The notes beneath the pieces are model-generated. The model was given only the letters and a program-made list of their open reading frames with translations, was not told where the DNA came from and made no database searches. The position numbers were made by a program, and so were the translations under genes. Below, piece by piece: positions 18,944 through 29,514 of a stretch of 29,514 bases of DNA. Within the stretch, counting starts at the first letter, position 1. Every line of letters starts with the position of its first letter. Source of the stretch: Catajapyx aquilonaris (lineage: Eukaryota); contig KZ538094.1 in assembly GCA_000934665.2 (NCBI GenBank), forward strand, positions 124,001 through 153,514, written 5' to 3'.

Positions 18944-21900
18944 TCACAGCCCTGTGTACTGTGGTGAAGAACTGCTCCAACTGCTAGAATTGGATGATGA
19001 TGCAAACCTAGAAAATGGGTTGCGTGGGCTTGTCCTCCTCCTGTTAATACTACCATCCTTCGTATGTGCCACCTCCCTGCGAAGAAATCCATTTTCCAAT
19101 GTCAGAGGTGGGGAAAAAAAAAATGCTGCAGGGGCATTTATACCGTTAATAATAATTAAAGACATTCCAAATATGCATGCCATGTACTGCACCCACATTT
19201 TTGGCCTACTGTGCAATTTCAGGATTTCTTGTTATTATTAACATTGTAGATGTGACCCTTATGATAGTGATTGTGTCCGACTTATGATCTGGTTCATTGT
19301 GTTCATAAAGTCTGCCTCCTTCATGCTGGCAGAGGGGACATGGGTCTCACTATCAAAATCAAAGGCTAGAAAAACAAATTGTGAGCAGGTTGGTCGTCGA
19401 GGTGGTTTAGCCATCAACCACGTTTAAATATACTCTACAGAAACTTCTGACCTCTCATTTATACCATGTAATGAATTTTGATGCAAGCATTGTAATGCTG
19501 CTGGGCTTACCCAAAAAAGGGGAGACATGTGATAAGCAACTCCTTGCTGGGGTTGCTCACCAACTCGGAATTATTCTGAACTAGATGGTTCACAATGCAG
19601 CGGATATAGTGCTGTAACCTCTTGCGCCGCTCTTCCACAAATCGAGCGTCCTGCAGGTTAAAGTGTTCAACAGTTATATGATGTTGACTTCATGCACCAG
19701 CCTATAACAAGCAGCCAAGTGGCTCAGAATTCCTCACAAAGGCAGGTAAATTGGAACACCATGCATATTATTTTTCAAGGAGAAGCTCGCTGACTCAAGC
19801 AAAGTTGAGTCAATGATGAGGGTAATGTTGCATCGCATGAAATAATTATGGTAACTGTACCCATCATCTCTCTCTCTCTCTCCCTCTCTCCCCCTCCCTC
19901 TCTATATCTCTCTCTATGCATACTCTATCTGAGGTATGGTGTGTTGGTTGGTTGGGTTGTGTGGGAGCAAGTCAGGGCCCAAGACTGCAGTGACAGATGG
20001 GTAGAAATAGAATGGAGAAAATAGTTCCCTGCACATGAAAGGTGACAGTATTGAGCCAGATGGTCTGACTGAACAATGTCAGACATGATTCTAACCACAC
20101 TCTGAATGCTTTACGATGTAACAGGACCCAGAGTTTCACAATTCCTCTGTGTATATGCATCAACTGCTTTTGTTATATCAGTCATCATGTGCCCATACAT
20201 TAAGGTTTACCACACCCATGTTTACATACATTATGAATAGCAATTCAGGGGGGGTCAGGCTAGGAAGGGAAAAGGTGTGGGGGTTGATGTTTGCGGACGA
20301 TATGGTGGTGGTGGCAGAAGAAAGAGAACAGTTAAGTGTTATGGTGAAACAGATAGAAGCATATTTGAAGAAAAACGATTTAGAGTTGAATGCGGGAAAG
20401 ACGAAAATCATGGTATTTAGGAATGGAGGGAAAAGGTCCAAAAGGGACGGATGGTTTTGGAAAGGGGAAGAGATAGAAGTGGTCAACAAATACAAATACT
20501 TAGGATATTGGTTTACAACAAAGGGGGGGATACAGGAACATATCAAGGCACAAAGACAGAAGGCATGGAGAGGGTTGCACAGGGTCAGGAGGATATGCAG
20601 GCAACAAAAAATTGAACAGTGGGGTTTGGTGAAGGCATTATATGGAAGCATGGTGAGAACAATCATACTGCTGGGAGCCGAGGTGTGGGCGTGGAAGGTG
20701 GGACGAGCAATGGAGAGTGTGCAGTTGGGGTTCCTCAAGAGGTGGCTCGGAGTGGCCCAGAATACTCCGGGGTACATTGTGCTGACAGAGACAGGGATGA
20801 TGGAGGTGGAAGTGGCGGCATTAGAAAGGGCAGTTAGGTGGATCATGAAGATGGAAAGGTTAGGGGAAGACAGACTGTTGCGAAGGATATGGGATGAGAT
20901 GAAGAAGGAAAGGGAGGGAGGTAGTAAAAATGGCTGGTGGGAAGACGTGAGGAAGAAGGAACAAGAATGGGAGGTGGAGCATGATGAGGAGTGGCAAAGG
21001 CAAACTTGGGAAGAACGATGGGACTCGTGGGGGAAGGAACTGAGGGAGAGGATGATCAAGGAGAGGGAGGAGAGAATTGCCAACACGACCAACTGGCCCG
21101 ACTACAGATCTGTAAAGATAGAGAGAGAAGAAGACCGATATTTGGACAGAGAGAACATAAAATTTCTGAAGGTGTTGGCGAAACTAAGATGTGGGACACT
21201 GTGCAGGGCTAGCTGGTCGTGGCTGTCAGAAACGGAGAGGAACTGTTTATTGTGTGATGAGGGGGAGGAGAATATGGGGCATATTGTGAGGGATTGTAGG
21301 GTAATGAAGGAGGAGAGGAGGAAATGGATACCGGCGGTGGAGGAGATGGAGGACGAGGAGGTGTATAGCTTTGTAAAGAATGTAAGAAAAAGGGGTGCGC
21401 TGTGTAAGTATTTGTATGGTGTGGTGAAAAAGAGGAGGGATGCAATTTTGGAGAGACAGGGGGAGGGAGTGAGAGAAAATGGAATTATGTAAAAAAATGT
21501 AAATGTAGAATGTAGAATGTCGATAAATGTAAATGTAATCATGTGAGGAAGGAGGAGGGTCGGCCAAGCGGCATTAGCTGCAGGCCGACAGACTAAATAA
21601 AGCACAAAACAAACAAACAAAAACACACCCATGTTTTCATCCCATCTATAAATGTACCCTTATCATTAATAGCAATGATGTTAGTGGAGTATTATCACTT
21701 CTAAATGAAGGTAGCAGGTACTTCACCTTACCTTATTTCCAATAGTTTTCTTTGGCGGGAAATCAAATGTGTTGACCACTGGATCTTTCTTCTTCAGTTC
21801 TTTGTGCAGTGAATAAAATTGCGAATATCGCCTATAGACATTCCATTCATCGTCACGTATCCTCACAAAGACCTGCAGAATTACACAAAGTTACGAAGCG

Positions 21901-24900
21901 TAGTGGATATTTCATGTAAAGATTCTGCTCACTTGGTACACGTGGTGCACATCAGAGGAGCCTCCAGTCAAAAATGCAGATGGTATCCACAGGTTAATGA
22001 GGGCTCTGGTGGATATGGCTAGTGAACTTGTGTCGTAGTCACTGGTTACACTGACAGCATCATCATCTGATGTTTGGCCTTCGTCTGGCAGAGGCCCTCG
22101 AAGATCCACTAGTTCCTCACGAAGACGACGCAGGGCACCATCCTTTGCTTGTAGAAGACGCTGCAGCCTCTCATTAAATTCCATCAATTCACCGTGCATC
22201 TCGGCCACCTGTATCAGCTTCTTCTCATACTCAGTGGCTTCATAGTGGTAGTCAATGAATGCACCATCTCCATGCCTGTTAGCTTGCTCTAAGGATGCCA
22301 AAGTTTCATGTGCCTGACTTCCATCCCGGCGGAGCATTTGCACTGCACCCACATACTTCCTCAACTGATGCTTCAAAAGTTCGTTTTCCCTGCAGTGCAA
22401 CACAAGGATACATTTTAGATATTTTTTCCCATGAAAATTGTGTGTAAATATGGCCTAGTGTTGTGCAACTGCAAAGAAAGAAATCACTGATTCTGTCAGA
22501 TTGTGTACAGTGGCGGAAATTAATGTCTGCCCCTGGCAGAGATTATTCTTTGCTTCATCTGGCACCCCATGGCGCAGCACCAGTTCAAACAGGCAAAAGT
22601 CCAGATAAGACAGCTGCTGCTGGATTAATGACAATTATTGCGGTCGTACATTTGAACAAGTACATGGATGTTGAGTCTGCCAATTATTATTAATATAGAT
22701 AATGCCTCGTTGTAAGGGTGTTTAGGAGATTGTTTAAAACCTCTCTAAATGTCACTTTATTCATCACGTCACTTCTTCATTGAGAACAAAATTACCTAAT
22801 GATGGGGAAGAAGTTGGGTGAGTGGGTGAGGATAATTGCTAGGCACTAAATCCCGGTTCTAAGAAGGGTTATCAAACGATTCTCACTGGAATTGTTGCGG
22901 CAGAGTTTCAGTGCGAAAGGCAGTCGTGAGCGAGAATTGTCGTGCAAGAAAAACACCCCAAGAACGCAACATACCACAACGTTTCTTTTGAATGGCCAGC
23001 CTCAACTTCTGTAATGCCTCACAATAAACCTTTGGGTTGAAAAAATGTAGTGGCATGTTGAGTTCTGTGGTGTTTTTCTTGTGCAACAATTCTTGCCCCC
23101 CACTGCCTTTCGCACTGAAACTCTGCCACAACAATTCAAGTGAGAATTGTTCAATCACCCTTCTTAGGCTATTTTCACAAGAGGCTGCCATGGCAGCATT
23201 GCCAAGGCAGCGCTGCCAGGTCTTTGCATTGCTGTAAGTGGAGCCTTTCACACGTGGTGGTTGGCAGCGTTTCTTCTATTACTTGCCCAACACCAGTGAA
23301 GTTCGCCTAGCACGAAAATCACCTGCATGTCGATGTTACAAATATGAATTACTTGAGAATGAATCATGTTTTAATCGCACAACTTATATGCTAATGAGCC
23401 TCATGGAAGAGCAATGTTGGGGCGAGATATCAATGCATTTGTCAGTGGAACAAGAAGAATAGGACAGAATTTATTTAGCGCGCCAGGGGCAATGGAGTTC
23501 GCCCAGAGCGCTAAACGCGCCACAAAGTTCGCCCACTGTTAAATACAGACTTTTACGGTGCCAGATGAAAAAAAAGTGCAGGTCTTTTGCCCTGCACCAT
23601 AATGCCATTACTCATTGCACTTGGTGTCTGAAAATAACAATCACAGGAGGTGGTAAGCCCATTCCTCCAGAGGTACACAAGGTGAAATGGAAGAGCTCTG
23701 AAGAAGGAAAGTCTGCTTATGTGGTTGCTCAAGAAGGGCATGTGCCATGCTCAATGGCTAGGGGCATCACATGAAGTAACAAAACTACAAGAATCATTCA
23801 GAAAAACCTTATTATGGACGTCACCAGGCAACAGCAGCAAGGAAAAACCGAGAGATGAGAAAAATGTGTCGCAATATCAGCGAAAGGAGCAGCGACCATC
23901 AATTTCAAAATGGTCAGATGAGACCCAAAAGGTGGTCCACACAACCTGTCGACTCTGCATCCATGACATGAAGTTGAACTTTTATGTGTAACTTCTCAAA
24001 GACTAACGGGGAATTCATGAAATCAGGACCTGCCCTCTAGACAATAGGCCAAGAAGAAACCACCCTTAAAGAGTTAAAGGTACTGGAACAGGAAAAAGAC
24101 TTGCTTGGGAGAAGGGATGGAAGCATTGGGCACATCAGATGTGGTATAGTCATGTTTCACGATGAATGAGTCAGTACAGGGACATCCATAATCGAGTACT
24201 GCAAACAAAGAAGAGGCGTGCCATCCCAATGTCTCACTAGAACCGTCAAACATGCACACAGCATTATGGTGCGGGGATGCATGGGTAGTGTTGGCCTTGG
24301 AAACTTTCCCAGCATCAATGGCACCATCGATACAAGCATGTTTCAGGAGATTTTGAGAGTCCATCCGCTGTGTGCGTCCTCAACAGCAACCTTACATCCG
24401 AATATCAACGCAATATTTCAACAGGACTTTGCATCTGACCAAAACAGCAGAAGCAAGTGGCTGGCAGACAAGGGGATTGACATTTTACGTGGCCATCGAG
24501 CAGCCTGGACCTCAATCCGATTGAGACAGACTGGAAAATCATGAAGAAGGTACTTTAGAGGAATCATCTTTGCACCAAGGCATCCCTTGAGGGCCAAACT
24601 ACGGGAGGTTCGGGACACCATCACTCCAGCCGAGTGCCAGAGCTCATTCAACACATGTCGTGTTGTGTGGAGGCCGTCATTGCTGCCCATGGCGATGCCA
24701 CCTGCTTCTAGGCAAACTTTGTGGCGCGTTTAGCGCTCTGGGCGAACTTCATTGCCCCTGGCGCACTAAATAAATACTGTCCTATTCATCTTGTTCCACT
24801 GACAAATGCATTGATATCTCGCCCCAACATTGCTCTTCCATGAGTCTCATTAGCATATAAGTTGTGCGATTAAAACATGATTCATTCTCAAGTAATTCGT

Positions 24901-27620
24901 ATTTGTAACATCGACATCCAGGTGATTTTCGTGCTAGGCGAACTTCACTGGTGTTGGGCAAGTACAATGATTCTTATCATTGTAAGTAGAAAATAACTCA
25001 TTTGCAATATGTCACTATTTACAAAGCAACTTATTCTGCACCTGTTGAGCCCTTGTAGTTTGGCATCTGCCCTCTCTAATCTCTCTTGGTCCTTACTCCT
25101 CATGTCTTCCACTTCTCGCCTAGCTCGTGCATTAGCTTCTGCTTCATGATTTAACATGGTACGCAATGTTTGGTTCTGCTGTGCCAAATCTTCCTTCTGG
25201 GATAAGACTGTCAGCAATGCCTGCTTCAAATCACCTGTGAATATCACACAATGAGTTGGCATTCCCAATATTGCGATCAAGAAACCAACCTGCACTCAAG
25301 TTTACAGTCTCAAGCTTCTCCACCCTCTGATTTGTACTCTGCTCTGAAGTAGGAAGGGCAGATGATTGTGACTGAAGAACTCTTTGTACTACTGCTAGTG
25401 CGGAAGCTGCAGTGTCCATTTCCTGTAATCAAATGCATGAGTTATGTAGAAGCCAAGATGAACAACAATCATTAAAATACAAGGGTCAGTCAAATGAACA
25501 TGGTACAGTTAATCAGATGTGGACATGGCTGTTAATAAATCAAGGAACAAGGAAGGAAGGAACAAATTCTTCCCCTGTATTACTGCACCAGTTCTACACA
25601 CCTATTAAGAATTCCTACATCACACAGCACACACCTATGGCTCAAGCCTGCCAAGTACCACCCAATTCTGCTTCAGCTGTGTTCATAATCTACATCAGCT
25701 AACAATTGAGTCTCACCTCTGAGTAACTTGGCACAGAAATGGAATCCTCTTCCGATTGTGGTTCCTCACTCCCTAAGGGAAGAGGAATGAGTTCACCCAC
25801 ATGTGCATTGTTCACTGGAGTGAGTGTCTGAGCTGAGCTGAGATTCCCATCATCAGATCTGGAAGACAATGCAAAATGCAACTTGGCTCCCAGACTACAT
25901 GCAGTCAGTTTTACCCATCTGCTGCTGAAACCGACTGGTTCAGAGCATCCCCCGTGATAGATGACACACTGCAACTCTGAGATTCATTGTTCGGCACTGG
26001 TTCCAAGCTTGCTTCCTTCCTCGCCATCTCACTGGGGGGCTCCACATTTATAGATTCAAGCAGGAGTTGTACACCACTTAGAACTTCCTTCATGCCTTCG
26101 GTTTCCTTTTCAAGTCCATTTCTGGCCTCCTCTGATTTGGCTTCTGTTGCTTTAACATTCCAGGAGCACACTTGATTGGCCTCACTTGTTACGGCAGTGG
26201 GGGAATTGAGGCATGTGGCTGGAGCACTGCTACACACTGGACTCTGGGTCTTACTGCAGCTTGAGCCATCATCATCAAAAGAAACCACATGGGGAAGCAC
26301 TTTGCGTTTCTTCTTCTTCTCCTTTATGGGCTTGGCTGAAAATACATATACAGTAGTATAACACAACTTGCACAAAGTGCAGATCCTTAATGAGTTGTAC
26401 AAAGAGTGTTCAAAAGATCCAGAAAAAAATGCAAGTCGCCTGTTCAGCATTACTTCGCACTTCCCACATCTAGTAATCAGGCATTTGACAATTCAAGTTT
26501 TCTTTTGTTGTTATTGATGGCATACTTCCCTCCCTGCGTTTGGAGGCAGGGAGGAAAATAAATATAATAATAATAATATATTATTATTGATGGCATACTG
26601 ATGAGATTATGTACACTTATGGAAAAAATAGCCTTGTACCCCAGCAAGAAGCAGCCAGGCAAGTGGACACGGGTGGAAGCATGCGTGCATGCATGCTTCC
26701 ACCTGCTTGCTTTGCCGCTTGGCACTGCTTGTGGAGATACACAAGGCTATTTTTTCAGTAGTGCACATAGATTGATCATGTGAAGACGAAAATTGTATCA
26801 TAAAATTGTTAAAAACCAGCCATTTGGGATGCTGCTCCATAGGGACAGTTACCTGGGCATCATAGATATGGCCCTCTCTTGCTCCAAAAGCCATGCAAAT
26901 TTGTGAATAAAACCAATATAAGACTTTTAAACATACAGTATGTTTAACTACGACTCCTGTGAATATCAGAAAACATGGATTTTTTGGGGCACCCCTGATA
27001 CATGAATCCTGTACAAATGGCACATGACTACAGTAACAAAAAATGTAAAGTCACGGTAGCCGGAGTCTTTCCTCCTGTTTCTTTTTACCTTTCATGGGTT
27101 TCACAAATCACAGGCATTTTAAAAAGTGAATAGTACTCCTTTTACATATCTGGTAAGTAGTAACCAAATCCAATTATTAATGAAAAATTGTAATATATAT
27201 GTACAGTAGGTTAGCTGATATTCAAGTAAACTTCTTGTTAGGATGACCTACTTGAGGATGGAGGAACTGGAGGAGGATCACTTTCCATCTGCCAGCTGGA
27301 AGCCAGCAGTTCCGAGGAATCGCCTTTGAGCAAATGGGTTTGGTTGAGATCAGGATTATTAATGCTGATGGCAAAAAGAATGGATCCTAGACCTGCGAAG
27401 CAAAATATGACATGTCAGTGCTAAGCATAATTATGTAGACTGGTTAACATCAGGTATCAATATCAGGCAGAAGAAAAACACATTGAATAAGTGAAACAGC
27501 ACACAAGCATGCCTGACCTTCAGTCAATAATATGGTAAGTAAGCCAAGATCATATTGCAAGGTTATTGCAATGTCATTAAATGTGCCCTACCTGGCAGGT
27601 TATTATTATTATTATTATTA

Positions 27621-27688
<68 letters not shown>

Positions 27689-29027
27689 AACAAGAAAGTA
27701 TGCTGTCAAATTACATTTGATCTTCGTACCAGCAATAAACCAGACTAAGTGATGGATTAATGCACAGTGATTGGAAAACCATCTGGCAGAACTTCACAAC
27801 AGCAACCCAAAATGCCCTTGTGATTGCATGCATGTTCACCAAGTTCTTACCAGCAGTCATCATAACACATTCCATATGCATGGTGTTTCAAGTATGCAAG
27901 TATGAAGGTCGCTTTATTATAGGAAATTTTGCTTCAAACTGTTATTTTTAGCAGCTTTTTGCACCCCAATCAAGATGCCCAACAAGGTACACAAAAATAA
28001 CTACTTCAGGCAATATTAGCAATATCTAAAAATGACCTTGACATTTGGAACACCTTGTATGTCAATGACAAGACTAAAACCACACCCATATAAAAAGTTA
28101 CAAGATTGTGACTAATTTTGTGTCGACTTTCTCACAGTAAGAACCAGGCCTTTAAAATTGTAATACTTTTAGAAACCCTGTCAAATCACAATTAAAAGTA
28201 ATAAGCACTAATGGATGGTTAAAATTACTGCTAACTCACATATTACATAACATGCCCTAGCAGGCAGGCATGATCATATTACAGGTGCACAATAAAATGT
28301 GAATTCTCACTGTGAATTGCCCACTTCCTTACTGCTCTATTCTCAACATCAAGGACATGAGAGTACAATTTTAAATCACACCTGCAGCCATAACTGGAAG
28401 CATGCTACTCCTCTCTTGATCCATCAGGAATGCCCAATCTTCATAAAACTGAGACAATGTGTTGGGATCAGCTACTAGCATATGCATGTAGCGCTCCAAG
28501 GAATGCTCATTTAATGCGGAACGAAGCCATGCTCTTCCTCTCCCAATATCGGTACTAATGTTGTTCAGCAACAAGTACCTCTCATACTCATGCCTTGTCA
28601 AGTGTTCCCTCACATAGTGCCAGAACACTGAAACAAGATAAGAAATTTTAAGAAATCTTTCACATAAAATCTAACACAACAACCAACCTGGAAATTCCAT
28701 ATTCGGCCCCAAATTTAAATTGAGGCTGTTGGACACAATTTCGGTAACCTGCCTGCAATGGGGAAAAAATATGAATGAACAACATGTAAAGGGCACATTT
28801 TTACATGTAAAACAATGATTACCTAAAAGCAGCCATGCCCCTGTTTGTACTTCTAGGACGCAACCCATGTTGCAGTACTACCTCGAACTGATGGCAGAGA
28901 TGACTGACACGATGATCAGTCTCAGTCGCAAGTTCTTTTCGCCCACCAAATCGGATCTGGCATTGTTTCACTGCATCAAGTAGATTGCCTAGCTGTGCCT
29001 GGCGTTGTTGTATGTACACGTCATCAT
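18944..29027 (-). CDS. SNX29: Sorting nexin-29 (RUN, coiled coil, PX), 5'-partial; exons 29027-28823, 28752-28688, 28627-28382, 27392-27252, 26335-25915, 25858-25717, 25422-25290, 25234-25042, 22389-21933, 21872-21732, 19650-19511, 19076-18944
   Basis: LLDAVKQCQIRFGGRKELAT, RUN core GRGRAWLRSALNEHSLERY...FYEDWAFLMDQERSSMLPVMAAGLGSILFAI, RENELLKHQLRKYVGAVQML, YEKKLIQVAEMHGELMEFNERL, and PX (INLWIPSAFL...HHVYQVFVRIRDDEWNVYRRYSQF...FPPKKTIGNKDARFVEERR). All junctions are GT-AG with consistent phase, about 805 codons in total. Start exon not found in the window; last exon (...PQYTGL*) is less certain. Confidence 0.95.
19867..19916. repeat. (TC)n-rich microsatellite
   Basis: Visible imperfect TC run in an SNX29 intron. 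Confidence 0.85.
20224..21623 (+). mobile_element. 5'-truncated non-LTR retrotransposon (LINE), 1.4 kb, antisense within an SNX29 intron
   Basis: 13-bp TSD CACACCCATGTTT (20211-20223, 21624-21636). Uninterrupted frame with RT motifs LMFADD, LELNAGKTKIM, YKYLGY, TPGYIVLTETG and C-terminal CLLC..E...H...C, stop at 21492. The 3' UTR has a stem-loop (GTCGGCC...GGCCGAC), AATAAA and a (CAAA)n tail. Confidence 0.95.
22750..23045 (-). mobile_element. mariner transposase relic
   Basis: YCEALQKLRLAIQKKRCGML..GV.L, then decayed HDNA..HTA and FD.P....DLVPSNY equivalents of the mariner YSPDLAPSD motif, with stops and frameshifts. Confidence 0.75.
23282..24962 (+). mobile_element. Tc1-family transposon with 252-bp TIRs (IR/DR type) and decayed transposase
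   Basis: TA on both sides. TIRs 23282-23533 and 24711-24962, each with three AGTTCGCC-type direct repeats. Internal RTVKHAHSIMVRGCM..G.G, IFQQD and WPSSSLDLNPIETDW (DD34E-type motifs) broken by frameshifts. Confidence 0.93.
26527..26583 (+). mobile_element. Tiny retroelement 3'-end insertion
   Basis: 16-bp direct repeat TTATTGATGGCATACT (26511-26526, 26584-26599) flanks the stem-loop CCTCCCTGC...GCAGGGAGG, AATAAA and a (TAA)n tail. Confidence 0.7.
26614..26763. mobile_element. Palindromic MITE with CACT...AGTG ends (CACTA-like)
   Basis: Outer arms GAAAAAATAGCCTTGT / ACAAGGCTATTTTTTC and a central 32-bp palindrome GGTGGAAGCATGCGTGCATGCATGCTTCCACC (26672-26703, one mismatch). Confidence 0.65.
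27600..27686. repeat. (TTA)n microsatellite
   Basis: About 28 units with one interruption, in an SNX29 intron. Confidence 0.95.
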
Positions 29028-29159
29028 CTGAAGCATCAGAGTCAATCAATATTAATACTTGGCCTTATAGATTCCTTGATAGTATGATTAACATGTTTGA
29101 CAGACTTAATTGCATAAACAATAAAAAACAAAATTCCATGTGTAACAGAATTCAGTTGT

Positions 29160-29425
29160 TTTTTTTATTATTTAAAAAATACCCTGTGATAGGGCCAGGG
29201 GCCCTCTTAGTGGGGAAGGGGAGATTCCCAAGGGAGGGCGCTCTTAAGTAGTCATTTCTGACCCTCTTAAATACCAGAATTTCTCTCTTGGCCCTGGGCA
29301 GAGACGGGAGTGCAATTCTGCCCTGACATGTCGGGTGAAAAGCGGAAAAAGACCCGACAAGGTGATGGGGACGCGATTTCAACCCCGGACCTGCCGCTTG
29401 GCTGGCCAGTAGCATAGTAGCCCAG
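29160..29425 (-). mobile_element. Probable tRNA-derived SINE
   Basis: Minus strand shows a B-box-like GGTCCGGGGTTGAAATC, a GC-rich body, a 3' stem-loop and an AATAATAAAAAAAA tail. No TSD found. Confidence 0.45.
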
Positions 29426-29514
29426 TCATTTTAGATTAAATTTTGGTCGAACCTTAAAAAAATTAGTGTAAAGCTGGAAATTGGTACAGAGGTACTCTTT
29501 GACCCCCTGAACAA

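Noticed and set aside
20178..21632. Minus-strand 304-aa and 176-aa ORFs
   Set aside because: Antisense shadows of the purine-rich LINE ORF.
23238..24967. Two near-identical small ORFs on opposite strands (23238-23462, 24782-24967)
   Set aside because: Chance frames within the Tc1 terminal inverted repeats.
27555..27752. Poly-Leu/Ile membrane-like ORF
   Set aside because: Translation of the (TTA)n microsatellite.
1..29514. CRISPR array or regularly spaced repeat-spacer structure
   Set aside because: No run of identical repeats with unique spacers was seen; the repeats found are TIRs, TSDs or microsatellites.

Overview
Eukaryotic, most likely arthropod, genomic DNA with short GT-AG introns and many transposon relics. 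From left to right: (1) the 3' exons of Mediator subunit MED9, followed after only 3 nt by an NCBP2-AS2-family small ORF and after 2 more nt by an intronless YIPF3 ORF, which looks like a tricistronic transcription unit; (2) a convergent, 3-coding-exon, GC3-rich Piwi/Aubergine-clade gene (about 919 aa) whose second catalytic Asp is Ser (YRSG instead of YRDG), with a hAT relic just past its stop codon; (3) a frameshifted painless/TRPA-like channel remnant on the minus strand, back to back with a frameshifted ankyrin-repeat array on the plus strand; (4) a field of MITEs and SINEs; (5) 12 coding exons of sorting nexin-29 (RUN + coiled coil + PX) on the minus strand, whose introns hold a young 5'-truncated LINE, a long-TIR Tc1 element and a mariner relic. 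All homology calls come from recalled motifs and manual translation; no database searches were run.
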